Below, piece after piece: positions 19,037-29,837 of a stretch of DNA of 64,000 bases (position 1 is its first letter; the number at the start of each line of letters is the position of its first letter). The stretch is taken from contig CALECT010000054.1 in NCBI GenBank assembly GCA_937949725.1, positions 19,213 through 83,212 of the forward strand. The letters are read 5' to 3'. Source of the DNA: an uncultured Pseudanabaenaceae cyanobacterium (GTDB taxonomy: Bacteria > Cyanobacteriota > Cyanobacteriia > PCC-9006 > JAAUQQ01). The notes below the pieces were generated by a model, which was not told the origin of the DNA, did not search any database, and saw nothing but the letters and a program-made list of their open reading frames with translations. Made by a program: the position numbers and the translations under genes.

Positions 19037-20029
19037 ATGCAAGAAACCTTCAACAGCCCAGCTCCACGCCTCCATGCCAACGGTCTTGAGGTGATCAAGA
19101 GCTATTACCAGCTCACGAAGCCACGCATCATTTTGCTGCTGCTGATCACCACAGCAGCGGGTGCCCTCGTGGCCGGTCGGGGACAGGTTGATGGATTATT
19201 ACTCCTCGCAACCCTAGTCGGTGGAGCTTTAGCATCTGGTGCGGCCAACACCATTAACTGCCTCTATGACCGCGACATTGATTACATCATGGAGCGCACG
19301 CGCTGGCGGCCGCTGCCTTCCGGGCGAATTCAGCCCAGGGATGCCCTGATTTTTGCGATCGCCCTCACGGCAATCTCCTTCACCCTCCTGGCCACCGTCG
19401 CCAACCTCCTGGCTGCAAGTCTAGCCATGGCGGGGATCGTCTTCTACGTCTTGATCTACACCCACTGGCTCAAGCGCCACACCACCCAGAACATCGTCAT
19501 CGGCGGTGCTGCTGGGGCTATCCCTCCGTTAGTCGGTTGGGCAGCAGTGACCGGGGATTTGAGCCTGGCTCCCTGGCTGATGTTCCTGATTATTTGCCTT
19601 TGGACCCCCCCTCACTTCTGGGCCTTGGCATTGATGATTCGCGATGACTACAAGAACGTGGGCGTGCCCATGTTGCCCGTGGTAGAAGGCAGTGGCGAAA
19701 CCACTCGCCAGATTCTGCTCTACTCCTTCCTACTGGTGCCCGTTACCTTGGTCCTGAGCCTTCCTGGCCAGAGCAATGGCTTGCTCTATGGTTTTATGGC
19801 TCTAGTGCTGGGGATTGAGTTGCTGAGACGGGCGATCGCCCTCTGGATGCAACCCGAAGAGAAATCTGTGGCTAAATCCCTGTTCACCTACTCCATCTTT
19901 TATTTGATGCTGTTGAGTGCAGCCATGGTGGTGGACGTCCTTCCCATTTTGCAAGGTATCAACAACGGTTTGATGTGCGAGGCCCAAGCGGTCCTCCATG
20001 CCATTCCAATGCTTCAAGCCCTGGGCTAG
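19037..20029 (+). CDS. ctaB: Protoheme IX farnesyltransferase (heme O synthase)
   Basis: UbiA-type motifs [23 protein letters not shown] and [10 protein letters not shown]. Confidence 0.93.
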   Translation: MQETFNSPAPRLHANGLEVIKSYYQLTKPRIILLLLITTAAGALVAGRGQVDGLLLLATLVGGALASGAANTINCLYDRDIDYIMERTRWRPLPSGRIQPRDALIFAIALTAISFTLLATVANLLAASLAMAGIVFYVLIYTHWLKRHTTQNIVIGGAAGAIPPLVGWAAVTGDLSLAPWLMFLIICLWTPPHFWALALMIRDDYKNVGVPMLPVVEGSGETTRQILLYSFLLVPVTLVLSLPGQSNGLLYGFMALVLGIELLRRAIALWMQPEEKSVAKSLFTYSIFYLMLLSAAMVVDVLPILQGINNGLMCEAQAVLHAIPMLQALG

Positions 20030-20066
20030 ATACACCACCGCCAAGTCAATGTTCTATCGGCATATC

Positions 20067-20107
20067 AAAAGCGGCTCCTCAGGAAACTGAGGAGCCGCTT
20101 TTGCTTT
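20067..20107 (+). terminator. Rho-independent terminator of ctaAB (bidirectional architecture)
   Basis: Perfect 12-bp stem, GCGGCTCCTCAG (20071-20082), GAAA loop, CTGAGGAGCCGC (20087-20098), then TTTTGCTTT. An A4 run lies upstream. Confidence 0.88.
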
Positions 20108-20158
20108 AACTGAGATTGAGCCATCGTCCCCGATCCATGATCGGGGACATCAATTCAA

Positions 20159-20686
20159 CTAGTCGCGAACCCAGGTGAAAGTGACCCGACGACCACTCAA
20201 CTTTTCTAGTGTGTCCTGGGTCAGAGGCATTTCATACATCTCTCGACGAACACCAAACATGCGGCCTTTCACAAATACCAGCTTGGCACCTTCCAGGTCG
20301 CTCGCCTTAATCGTGGTGCGGCGCAAGCGGCTGTCCTTGTCTTCAGCTTCCATTTTCACCAGTTGGCGACCATCCGCGTTAATCACGCGTACTTCCTTGG
20401 CCCAGTCCAAAATGGAACGGAAGCCTAGCTCCACCTCATCGTTGGCAAGCTCAGAATTATTACTCACCTGGTACTGAATCTCATCATAGAGACCCAAGCC
20501 AGTGCTGTCACGGTCAATATAATGGCGGTTACAATTCACCGATTGACCGACACAAACACTGAGGTTCGTGAGATCTTCGAAGCTGATTGCCTCAAGAGCC
20601 ATGGCCGACATCCCAGCCATACCGAGGGCGACAACCGCCCCACCCAAAGCTGAACCTAAGCGAGAGATAGAAAAGCGCTGACGCAT
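20159..20686 (-). CDS. Hypothetical secreted or membrane-anchored protein
   Basis: The ATG at 20686 gives MRQRFSISRLGSALGGAVVALGMAGMSAMA, which looks like a signal peptide. No family was recognised. Confidence 0.55.
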   Translation of the reverse strand: MRQRFSISRLGSALGGAVVALGMAGMSAMALEAISFEDLTNLSVCVGQSVNCNRHYIDRDSTGLGLYDEIQYQVSNNSELANDEVELGFRSILDWAKEVRVINADGRQLVKMEAEDKDSRLRRTTIKASDLEGAKLVFVKGRMFGVRREMYEMPLTQDTLEKLSGRRVTFTWVRD

Positions 20687-21031
20687 AACAGTTAATTTGT
20701 GTGGACTTTTATGTAACCGAAGCCTATGGCATTCCGCTGGGGGCAAGGGATAGATACGGGGCAATCGCCAGAGTTGTTGAGTCTGTCTTCAAAAGAATGA
20801 GACACATCCACCTCTGGGCCTGCGCCCTTCGATTGCCATAGCCCATAATAAACGACTAGATTTTAGACGTTTTGTTCAGATTTTGACCGAGTTCATACAA
20901 ACTCAGGCAGGCTAAAGGACAAGTGCGAGCTTCCCCTCTTTCAAGAGTTCCCTTCCGTAAACAGCGTAAAACCTTGGCTGGCTGGGGAAATTCCTCTTCA
21001 TTTTGGTCAGAGCAATTTTCCTTAGCGGTAG

Positions 21032-22201
<1,170 letters not shown>

Positions 22202-22206
22202 CCGCT

Positions 22207-23244
22207 TCAGCCGGTCAAAATCAGCTTGACGTTGCGGCGCAGGCCATCGCTCCTCAGCTTCGGTATGACGGCTAGACGAATTAGCTTGGACTGGCCCCAG
22301 GTCAATAGCGCAGCACAGCTATAGGTCAGAAAAAACTTCACGCCAATGTTGCTGTAATCCAACGCACGAAACACCTCCACAAAAGGAATATGCCAGAGGT
22401 AGAGCCACATACTGTTGCGCGAGCAGAACAGGATGAAGGTCTCTACTCGCTTGAAGCGTTTAAGAGTTCCGAGGATGGGGTTGATGGCGAGCCAGAGCAG
22501 GGAAGACACTGCTACGGCATAGGCCAAATAGTAAGCCGTAGGTGGATATTTGAATGCCTGTAAATCTGGGAATGCTTGTCCCACTGCTCCAGCACCTAGT
22601 CCCAAAGCCAGGAAAATTCCCAGCGCTGTTCCAAATACAGCCCGTACTTGTCGCTGACTTAATCGAGGCAAACGCACACCTAGGGCAAAGATCAGGCCAT
22701 AGGCGATCGCGTAGTAAACCACCAGGGATAAAAGTTTCCCCACCGCCGAATCTCGACTAGCCTCCAAGCTCACAATGAGCAGCAGCTCGTACAGACCATA
22801 AATCCCAGCGAGCAAGACTAAGTAAGTGCGATTGTCCTTAATGCGTCTATTTAAGCTCGCAATACCAGGTGCGATCGCCGCCACCAGCAAAAACACTCGG
22901 ATAATCCAAACATAGGGAACCCCCATGATCCCCAAGAGCGCATAGCTACCCACCACATGCTTCAGCTCTAGCCATTCATGGCTAGGCCATACCCCATTGA
23001 GCACCACAAAATAAACGCAGAGGAATAGCCACATGGGAAGTAGCAAACGCCTTACCCGCTTCCAGATATATCCCCAATAGGATTCAATCTTGCTTGCCTT
23101 AGAAAAGGAAAGGCCTGCAACGACCACCATTAAAGGAACATCAAAATTCCTCAGCTGAAAGAGCCAATTAGGTGGATCAACATGGGCAAAGATAATTAAA
23201 GACAACCCCAAAAATCTGAGGAAGTCGATGCGTGAGTCTCTCAC
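22207..23244 (-). CDS. Acyltransferase family 3 integral membrane O-acyltransferase
   Basis: 345 aa with about 10 hydrophobic helices. N-terminal RIDFLRFLGLSLIIFAHV motif. GTG start. GC appears slightly lower than in the neighbours. Confidence 0.8.
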   Translation of the reverse strand: MRDSRIDFLRFLGLSLIIFAHVDPPNWLFQLRNFDVPLMVVVAGLSFSKASKIESYWGYIWKRVRRLLLPMWLFLCVYFVVLNGVWPSHEWLELKHVVGSYALLGIMGVPYVWIIRVFLLVAAIAPGIASLNRRIKDNRTYLVLLAGIYGLYELLLIVSLEASRDSAVGKLLSLVVYYAIAYGLIFALGVRLPRLSQRQVRAVFGTALGIFLALGLGAGAVGQAFPDLQAFKYPPTAYYLAYAVAVSSLLWLAINPILGTLKRFKRVETFILFCSRNSMWLYLWHIPFVEVFRALDYSNIGVKFFLTYSCAALLTWGQSKLIRLAVIPKLRSDGLRRNVKLILTG

Positions 23245-23781
23245 AATTCACCTGAGCTTAAGTGGAACAACTTCACAATGGAAATTGAGCAAGGTCGATC
23301 TAGATTTTGATGCAAGTTCATCATAAAGTTTGTGATCGAAAAAGCCTCTACCTACACCACATCAACATCTCAAAAGAGCTTTTATTAAAGCCTTGTTGAA
23401 TATCTAAAAACTATGCCTGGAGAGACCTTCGCAGAATAAAAGTGTAAAAAAATACATCCCCTTCGACAGCCATTTGTAGAGACACAGATGTATCTATTAC
23501 CTTCACAAACTGGTGAATTGATGTCACTATCTAAGACTCAATTTAGAAAGAATAATCGGAAATAACGTTGTGAGTTGCTTTCGCCCCATTCTTGCCTAAG
23601 AAGCAATTCTCTCTTGAGGGAGCTTCAAACAATGTGGCGAAACAAATAATACAGTTAAAATATAAGTGTAATTGCAGGATAGGTGTGGTTATTCCAGGGA
23701 GCTAATTCTCAGTAGTCTAATCTCCCCAATGACCCACGAATAACACTGCTTTACATTCAGTTCTTCCCCCAGCTCAACACC

Positions 23782-24648
23782 ATGACAGATGCCTCAGTTC
23801 GTAGTCATGCTCCCCAGCTTCTATCCCAAACCCATTGTTTTGGGGGGGAGGTCCAGTTTTACAGTCACGTCTCGACAGCCTGCCAGGGGGAGATGGTCTT
23901 CTCGGTCTTTCTTCCTCCCCAAGCAGCGCAAGGTTCGGTTCCTGTGCTCTATTACCTCTCCGGCCTGACCTGCACCGCCGACAACTTCACGACCAAGGCC
24001 GGTGCCCAACGTTATGCTGCTCACCATGGCCTCATGTTGGTGGCACCAGATACAAGCCCTCGGGGGGATGAGGTGCCCGATGAGGATGGCAGCTGGGATT
24101 TTGGTAAAGGTGCTGGCTTCTATGTAGATGCAACGGAGGTCCCCTGGGCGGAACATTACCGCATGTACAGCTATGTCACTGAGGAGCTACCCCAACTCAT
24201 GGCAGAGCATTTTCCAGCGGATACCCGCCGCCAAGGCATTATGGGTCATTCCATGGGGGGCCATGGGGCGTTGGTTTGTGCGCTGCGCAATCCCGAGCGT
24301 TACCGCTCCGTATCTGCCCTGGCTCCCATCGTGGCTCCCATGCGATGTCCCTGGGGAGAGAAGGCGTTTTCTAATTATTTGGGGGGCGATCGCGAAACCT
24401 GGAAGGCTTACGATGCCAGTGAGCTCGTCAAGTCAGCCAACTTTGGTGGCCATATCTTAATTGACCAGGGTGACGCCGATTCCTTTCTCAAGGAACAGCT
24501 CAAGCCCGAGCTATTTGAAGCGGCTTGCAAAGAAGCGGAGCAGCTCCTCACTCTACGTCTCCAACCGGGCTACGACCACAGCTATTACTTCATTGCTTCG
24601 TTCATTGAGGACCACATCCAGCACCATGCCATGGCGCTGATCGATTGA
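23782..24648 (+). CDS. frmB: S-formylglutathione hydrolase (esterase D family)
   Basis: 288 aa. LSGLTCT, nucleophile elbow [10 protein letters not shown], and C-terminal GYDHSYYFI. Confidence 0.92.
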   Translation: MTDASVRSHAPQLLSQTHCFGGEVQFYSHVSTACQGEMVFSVFLPPQAAQGSVPVLYYLSGLTCTADNFTTKAGAQRYAAHHGLMLVAPDTSPRGDEVPDEDGSWDFGKGAGFYVDATEVPWAEHYRMYSYVTEELPQLMAEHFPADTRRQGIMGHSMGGHGALVCALRNPERYRSVSALAPIVAPMRCPWGEKAFSNYLGGDRETWKAYDASELVKSANFGGHILIDQGDADSFLKEQLKPELFEAACKEAEQLLTLRLQPGYDHSYYFIASFIEDHIQHHAMALID

Positions 24649-24751
24649 CCACTCAATGGAATATCAACTCAAGCCTTGATCCGTCTGGCAGCGAATCCCA
24701 AACGCGGTCTTCTTGGGGTATAAATTCTCTGCCCAGAGAATTCTGGACAAG

Positions 24752-24775
24752 AAAAAACCCGGAATGACTTCCGGG
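24752..24775 (-). terminator. Intrinsic terminator on the minus strand
   Basis: CCCGGAA (24758-24764), TGAC loop, TTCCGGG (24769-24775). A plus-strand A6 run (24752-24757) gives the U-run on the minus strand. It lies ~180 nt downstream of the 24956 gene. Confidence 0.55.
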
Positions 24776-24955
24776 CTCACAAGCAGCTTCTCATGTGTTT
24801 AATCCTAAGGCAGATCACTAGGAGAACAATGAGGCAGTCATCAAGTCTCCGAGCAAATCCTTAAAGAAGAAGCAAAGTTTAATACTCTCTAAAAAATCAA
24901 TTGGGTCAGCCTAGGAAAAACAGCTTAAGTGAATTCTCTAAGCCCAAAATTTTAC

Positions 24956-25372
24956 TTAGCGGCGGCGATCTCGCTCATAGCGAGGCCGTGAGGAACTGCG
25001 CCAAGCCAACCAACCCTTCATCATCTGTTGTCGTCCATCTCGGTCATAGGGACGATTGGAAACATATTGAGCTCGGCGACGCAGCACCCCCTCTGCCCGG
25101 TCATAGGTGTCAGACTCAGATTCATCCAGCTCAAGCAGTCGTTGAGCATCAATCGTGACAAACACATCTGAATAGCCATTTTGCCCAGGCATCAGTGCCA
25201 TCTCAAGCCACCAACCCAAAGCAAAGCCCCCAGCGATGCCGCCCACAGCACCAAAAACTACGGCATAGGGAAAAGGAAAGCCCAGCAGCCGAAGCACGAT
25301 GAGGAAAATGAGCCAGAACTTTAGACCCGATGTAAAGCCATCTTCTCTTTTGTTGAAGTTATTCTGCTGCAC
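24956..25372 (-). CDS. Hypothetical membrane protein with an Arg-rich C-terminal tail
   Basis: 138 aa. Two hydrophobic segments (FWLIFLIVLRLLGFPFPYAVVFGAVGGIAGGFALGWWL) are followed by a basic tail. Confidence 0.5.
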   Translation of the reverse strand: MQQNNFNKREDGFTSGLKFWLIFLIVLRLLGFPFPYAVVFGAVGGIAGGFALGWWLEMALMPGQNGYSDVFVTIDAQRLLELDESESDTYDRAEGVLRRRAQYVSNRPYDRDGRQQMMKGWLAWRSSSRPRYERDRRR

Positions 25373-25690
25373 AGGATGTTCCTCAATGACGTCGCAGTTG
25401 AGCTAGATCGCAAAACCCTTTAAATGAATCGCAAATCTTGCTGGGGCAGCGGCGGGGTAGATGATGCCAGTACTTCCTCGATATCGAGCGCTATGGTGTC
25501 TTTACTATCTCAGCGCATCGCACCGCATTGTCACCAAAACAAGCGGGCTAGGAAGCATGTGCATTCTAAGCCATTGTTCCAAGCTTGGCCTGTTTTTTTG
25601 TGGCGAGACTTTGCTTTTGGGTTAGAGTCGCTAGCCTTGTCAATGCTAGCCCGCCCTAAGTAAGGTTCACGCTGCAATATAGAAACAATT

Positions 25691-25724
25691 GAGCCCCTTG
25701 GAAGATTTGTCTCCCAAGGGGCTC
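25691..25724 (-). terminator. Hairpin terminator of the EF-G-like gene
   Basis: 11-bp stem, GAGCCCCTTGG (25691-25701) with CCAAGGGGCTC (25714-25724), 22 nt after the stop. A moderately U-rich tract follows on the minus strand. Confidence 0.55.
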
Positions 25725-25746
25725 ACTTTATACCGTTAAAACAGCT

Positions 25747-27795
25747 TTAGCGCTGAGTTGTATCCATCTTGGCGAGCAACCGCTCAGCCAATTTATCCGG
25801 CACCTCTTGGAGATGGTCAGGCTGCCAGTCGAAGAAGCCAACGCCCAGGGTGAGCGATCTCAGTTCCACGATCAGATCCTGCATTTCTGCCTGGGGTAGA
25901 TAGGCCGTCACCTCATCCCAGCCCCCCCAATTATCCTTGCCGTCATAGCCCAAGATTTGGCCACGGCGACCGCTGAGTAAGCGCAGAACTCCCGAGGTAA
26001 ATTCCATCGGCACGGAAATCACAACGGACAGGATCGGTTCCAGCAAGGTGGGCTGACAGCCGGGCATGCCCTGCTGCATGGCAATGCGCGCGGCCTGCTT
26101 GAAAGCTTGCTCCGAACTATCGACAGAATGGTAAGAGCCATTGGTCAACGTCACCGCCACATCCACCACGGGGAAGCCCAGGGGACCGTGGCCCAGATAT
26201 TCCCGCACGCCGGTTTCCACGCCAGGAATATATTGCTTGGGTACTACGCCGCCGACAATGCGCTGGTCAAAGTTGAAGCCACTGCCTCGGGGTAGCGGTT
26301 GAATGTCGATGAAGACATCACCGAACTGACCATGGCCGCCAGTTTGGTGTTTGTAGCGACCATGGACGTTGTCGCCGCGCTTACGAATCGTCTCCTTGTA
26401 AGGCACCCGAGGAATGTGGGTGACCATGGGCAGCTTGTATTTGTTCGCCAGTCGAGCCAGGTTCACCTTGAGATGAATTTCCCCTTGCCCCCACAGGATC
26501 ACTTCATGGGTATCGCCATGTTGTTCCCAGTGCAGAGAGGGATCTTCCTCTTGGAGGCGCTTGAGGGCGGTGCTCATTTTCACTTCGTCATCGCGGCGTT
26601 CCGGGGCGATCGCTAGGGCATAGACCGGATGCATCGGCTCAATGCCTGGCAGCGACAGCTCTGCATTCTCTTCCAAAGTCAGCGTATCCCCCGTCTTCGC
26701 CCCCTCCAAGCGAGCCACCGCAACGATGTCTCCCGCTTGGGCTCGCACCACGCCCATATGCTGCTGGCCCATCAGGCGATAGAGACCACTGGAGCGATCG
26801 CCATTCAGGGTCATGCCATCGCTCAATTCCCCCTGCCAAATGCGTACGAGGGACAGCTTGCCCGCCTGGGGCAAATAGAAGGTCTTCAGCACCTGGGCCA
26901 CAGGTTGATCAGCCTTGCCCTTAGATTGACTGACTCCCCGTCGCTCTGCAGTTTCCTCTGGGCTGGGTGTCTCTAGCACCAGAGCATCTAGCAGGGGACG
27001 AACGCCTAGGTCCTGATCCGCCTGGCCAAAGAACACTGGCACAATCAGATCTGCCCCCAGCTCCCACTTCAAATCCTTTTGAATCTCTTCGGGCTTGGGC
27101 TCTCGCTCTTCCATCAGCGTTTCTAATAGCTGATCGTCAAAGCTAGACAAGGCATCCAGCATTTCTTCCCGCGCCAGCAGCTCCTCTTCTCGCAGGGCTT
27201 CGGGTAAGGCCATGGGGGTCGCTGGGCTGTGGTCTTCGTAATGGAAGGCCTTTTCGCTGACGAGGTCAATAAAGCCCACCAAGTCTTCGCCCTGGTGAAC
27301 GGGATATTGATGGGGGACGAGGGGACGACTGGAAACGGACTGCAAGGTATGCAGCACATCCATGAAGCGGTTCTGGTTGGCCCGGTCCATCTTATTGACA
27401 AAGACGAAATGGGGGATCTCCCAGTCATCCAAAAACTTAAATAGGGGGGAGAGGGTGAGGACCCGTTCGATGTCGGGTTCACAAACAACGATCGCCGCAT
27501 CCACACCAATCAGGGCATTCCAGGTTTCCTGGGCAAACTCAATCGAACCGGGACAATCGACAAAATTAAAGCGCAGCTCACCGAAGTCGGTAAAAGCTGC
27601 GCTTATTTCTACGCTAGTTTGGCGATCGCGGGCCTCTGCACAGCCATCTCCAACAGTATTTCTATCTTGAATCGAACCTTTGCGGTTAATGGCCTCAGTC
27701 ACAAACAACAGGCTTTCGAGGAGCGTTGTTTTACCACTGGAATAGGGACCCACGATCGCCAGATTCCGGATGCCAGACGCAGCTTTACTTTGCAT
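25747..27795 (-). CDS. Elongation factor G paralogue (EF-G-like translational GTPase)
   Basis: 682 aa. Divergent G1 GPYSSGKTT, G3 DCPGSIEF and G4 NKMD, followed by EF-G domains II-V (HGRYKHQTGGHGQFG). Confidence 0.9.
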   Translation of the reverse strand: MQSKAASGIRNLAIVGPYSSGKTTLLESLLFVTEAINRKGSIQDRNTVGDGCAEARDRQTSVEISAAFTDFGELRFNFVDCPGSIEFAQETWNALIGVDAAIVVCEPDIERVLTLSPLFKFLDDWEIPHFVFVNKMDRANQNRFMDVLHTLQSVSSRPLVPHQYPVHQGEDLVGFIDLVSEKAFHYEDHSPATPMALPEALREEELLAREEMLDALSSFDDQLLETLMEEREPKPEEIQKDLKWELGADLIVPVFFGQADQDLGVRPLLDALVLETPSPEETAERRGVSQSKGKADQPVAQVLKTFYLPQAGKLSLVRIWQGELSDGMTLNGDRSSGLYRLMGQQHMGVVRAQAGDIVAVARLEGAKTGDTLTLEENAELSLPGIEPMHPVYALAIAPERRDDEVKMSTALKRLQEEDPSLHWEQHGDTHEVILWGQGEIHLKVNLARLANKYKLPMVTHIPRVPYKETIRKRGDNVHGRYKHQTGGHGQFGDVFIDIQPLPRGSGFNFDQRIVGGVVPKQYIPGVETGVREYLGHGPLGFPVVDVAVTLTNGSYHSVDSSEQAFKQAARIAMQQGMPGCQPTLLEPILSVVISVPMEFTSGVLRLLSGRRGQILGYDGKDNWGGWDEVTAYLPQAEMQDLIVELRSLTLGVGFFDWQPDHLQEVPDKLAERLLAKMDTTQR

Positions 27796-28629
27796 GCATG
27801 CCTCCTTGGGGTGCGGCCCGATCGCCGTTCACCATCCATATGGGTTGATGGCAGAGCAGCAAGTAGGACTGGGCCAGGTCTGATGCAAAAAGTCCACCAG
27901 AAGTGGTGCAAGAGCCTCTGCTGCGGTGCCTATTCGGACCCTAACGCAGCAGGGATCAGCCCAGATCCAGTTCGACATGGTTTTTAAGCAAATCGTTTTG
28001 GCCCGTAAACCTAGGTGAGGCTTTGGATCTTTTAGTAAAGCAGTTGTAACAACACCCAGTGATGAATCTTCCAGGGCTAAGCATCCTGGGGACTTGGATT
28101 CAAGTCCTGTTAGAGCAGGATAGTAGCTGCCTTTAATTTCCATCATTCAGCAATCTTGTTGGAATGGAATGTTGCGATATCACGTCCGAACTGATGTAAC
28201 GATTTGAGCAGCCAATCTGATGGATTTCGACATAGCGTTCTACATTCTAAAGGTGTTCTGTCGAACGAAAATCAATAGAATGCTCCAGCCTGCGTGGATG
28301 AAAATTGGATTCGTTCCGCTTGATAGACCTCTTGCATAAATTCTGCCCCGCTCTATCGTTTTCCTTTGACTCTCTATGGAGTTTCGGAGAGGAAAATTGA
28401 AGCTTCTTTTTCCCATCGTTGGGGACAAGGGACCGGAGGATGGTGGGGATTTGCCTTCGCGCAAGAAGCCTAATTAACAGTTGCTGCTGCGTTGAATCCC
28501 TGAATGCCATGGTTTTAATTCCATGTCATGGCTCTGAAGCAAACTATAACTGCCTTGAAAGCCCACAAAGGTCATTCGCCGGAGTTGCATTTAAATCCAA
28601 ATGTTTGGTGCAAGGAAGAATATATAGAC

Positions 28630-29640
28630 ATGTTGGAGCTTAACGGGAAGATCGTGTTTATAACCGGAGGTAGCGGTTATGTTGGCCGCAATCTTATTCG
28701 TATGCTTGTGAAACAAGGTGCTTCAGTCCGCGCCTTGGCAAGGAGTTCAAAATCTGAACGGGTCGTGAAAGAGCTTGGAGCTCATCCGATCTCCGGCGAT
28801 ATGCTTGATGAGAATGGTCTATCAACTGGACTAGAGGGGGCAGAATACCTCATTCATGCTGCTGCAAATACCAGTCATTCGGGCTACAGTGCCGAACAAA
28901 ACAGGGCTAACATCGAGGGCACATCCCTGATATATCGGATAGCTCGGGAAAAAAACGTCGCAAAAGTACTGCAGATCAGCACAGAAGCTGTACTCCTCAA
29001 TGGTAAGCCCCTGGTTAATGCTGATGAAACGACTCCGATGCCAACAAGCTGGGGTGGAGGATATTCACAAACGAAGGCTAAAGCTGAACAAATTGCCCTT
29101 GCGGCATCTGATGATGTGATGTCAGTGGTCGTGATTCGGCCTCGATTTGTTTGGGGCCGTGACGATACAAGCGCCTTGCCCCAACTCAAATCTGCAGCTG
29201 AGACGGGGCGGCTGGCTTGGATCGGGGGTGGGAGGTATCTCACTTCCACCACCCATGTTGATAATCTCTGTCATGGTGCCTTATTGGCATTGCAGAAAGG
29301 TCGTGCTGGCGAAGTCTATTTCCTGAGTGATGGTTCACCAGTGGTCTTTCGGGAATTTATTTCTGCATTGCTTGAAACCCAAGGCATCAAGCCGCCCCAG
29401 CGATCTATTCCACGTTTTCTAATCAGGCTTTTGCTCCTTCTTGGAGGGGGGCTTTCTCGCCTGACTGGCGGTCGCATTAATTCCCCTATCAGCCTGCAGG
29501 AGTACGCCACCATAGGCGTTGAAGTGACTCTGAATATTGCTAAAGCACAGAGCAAACTGGGCTATGAACCGCAAATTAGCCGAGATGAGGGATTGGCGGA
29601 CTTGAGAACGTACCGAGATTATTTAGCTCGATTGGAATGA
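28630..29640 (+). CDS. Extended SDR: NAD-dependent epimerase/dehydratase or 3-beta-hydroxysteroid-dehydrogenase-like protein
   Basis: Rossmann IVFITGGSGYVGRNL directly follows the ATG at 28630. Catalytic YSQTKAKAE (YxxxK). The ORF-track start at 28528 adds 34 aa upstream. Confidence 0.8.
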   Translation: MLELNGKIVFITGGSGYVGRNLIRMLVKQGASVRALARSSKSERVVKELGAHPISGDMLDENGLSTGLEGAEYLIHAAANTSHSGYSAEQNRANIEGTSLIYRIAREKNVAKVLQISTEAVLLNGKPLVNADETTPMPTSWGGGYSQTKAKAEQIALAASDDVMSVVVIRPRFVWGRDDTSALPQLKSAAETGRLAWIGGGRYLTSTTHVDNLCHGALLALQKGRAGEVYFLSDGSPVVFREFISALLETQGIKPPQRSIPRFLIRLLLLLGGGLSRLTGGRINSPISLQEYATIGVEVTLNIAKAQSKLGYEPQISRDEGLADLRTYRDYLARLE

Positions 29641-29680
29641 TGGTCATTCAGTGATGGTCATTCAGGGATGGTCATGCAGC
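29639..29680. repeat. 14-bp direct repeat, three tandem copies
   Basis: GATGGTCATTCAGT / GATGGTCATTCAGG / GATGGTCATGCAGC. It starts on the SDR stop codon, ~160 bp upstream of the GMC gene. Confidence 0.9.
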
Positions 29681-29837
29681 CTAGTCTCGAGGGGTTGATC
29701 AGAGTCGTTCTTAACCTGATTTTTTGACAGTCCATTTTTAGAAAACCTGAGCGTATTCCAGTTTTAGGAATCACTGATTTCTGTTTTCATCTCAATTGAT
29801 TGAATCAATCGTAGATATTTTTTAGGGGAGCAAACTT

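Noticed and set aside
25424-25663. 79-aa plus-strand ORF between the membrane-protein gene and the EF-G-like gene
   Set aside because: No motif, odd composition, and it lies in a promoter/terminator spacer. I judge it non-coding.
28081-28130. tRNA-like fragment (GGACTTGGATTCAAGTCC hairpin followed by TGTTAGAGCAGG)
   Set aside because: The loop is not a canonical 7-nt T-loop. No D-arm, anticodon arm or acceptor pairing could be built, so it is not a tRNA gene.
29639-29680. CRISPR-like interpretation of the tandem repeats (also 37647-37691)
   Set aside because: The units are 14-15 bp and directly abutting, with no spacers. There are only three copies and no cas genes in the window.
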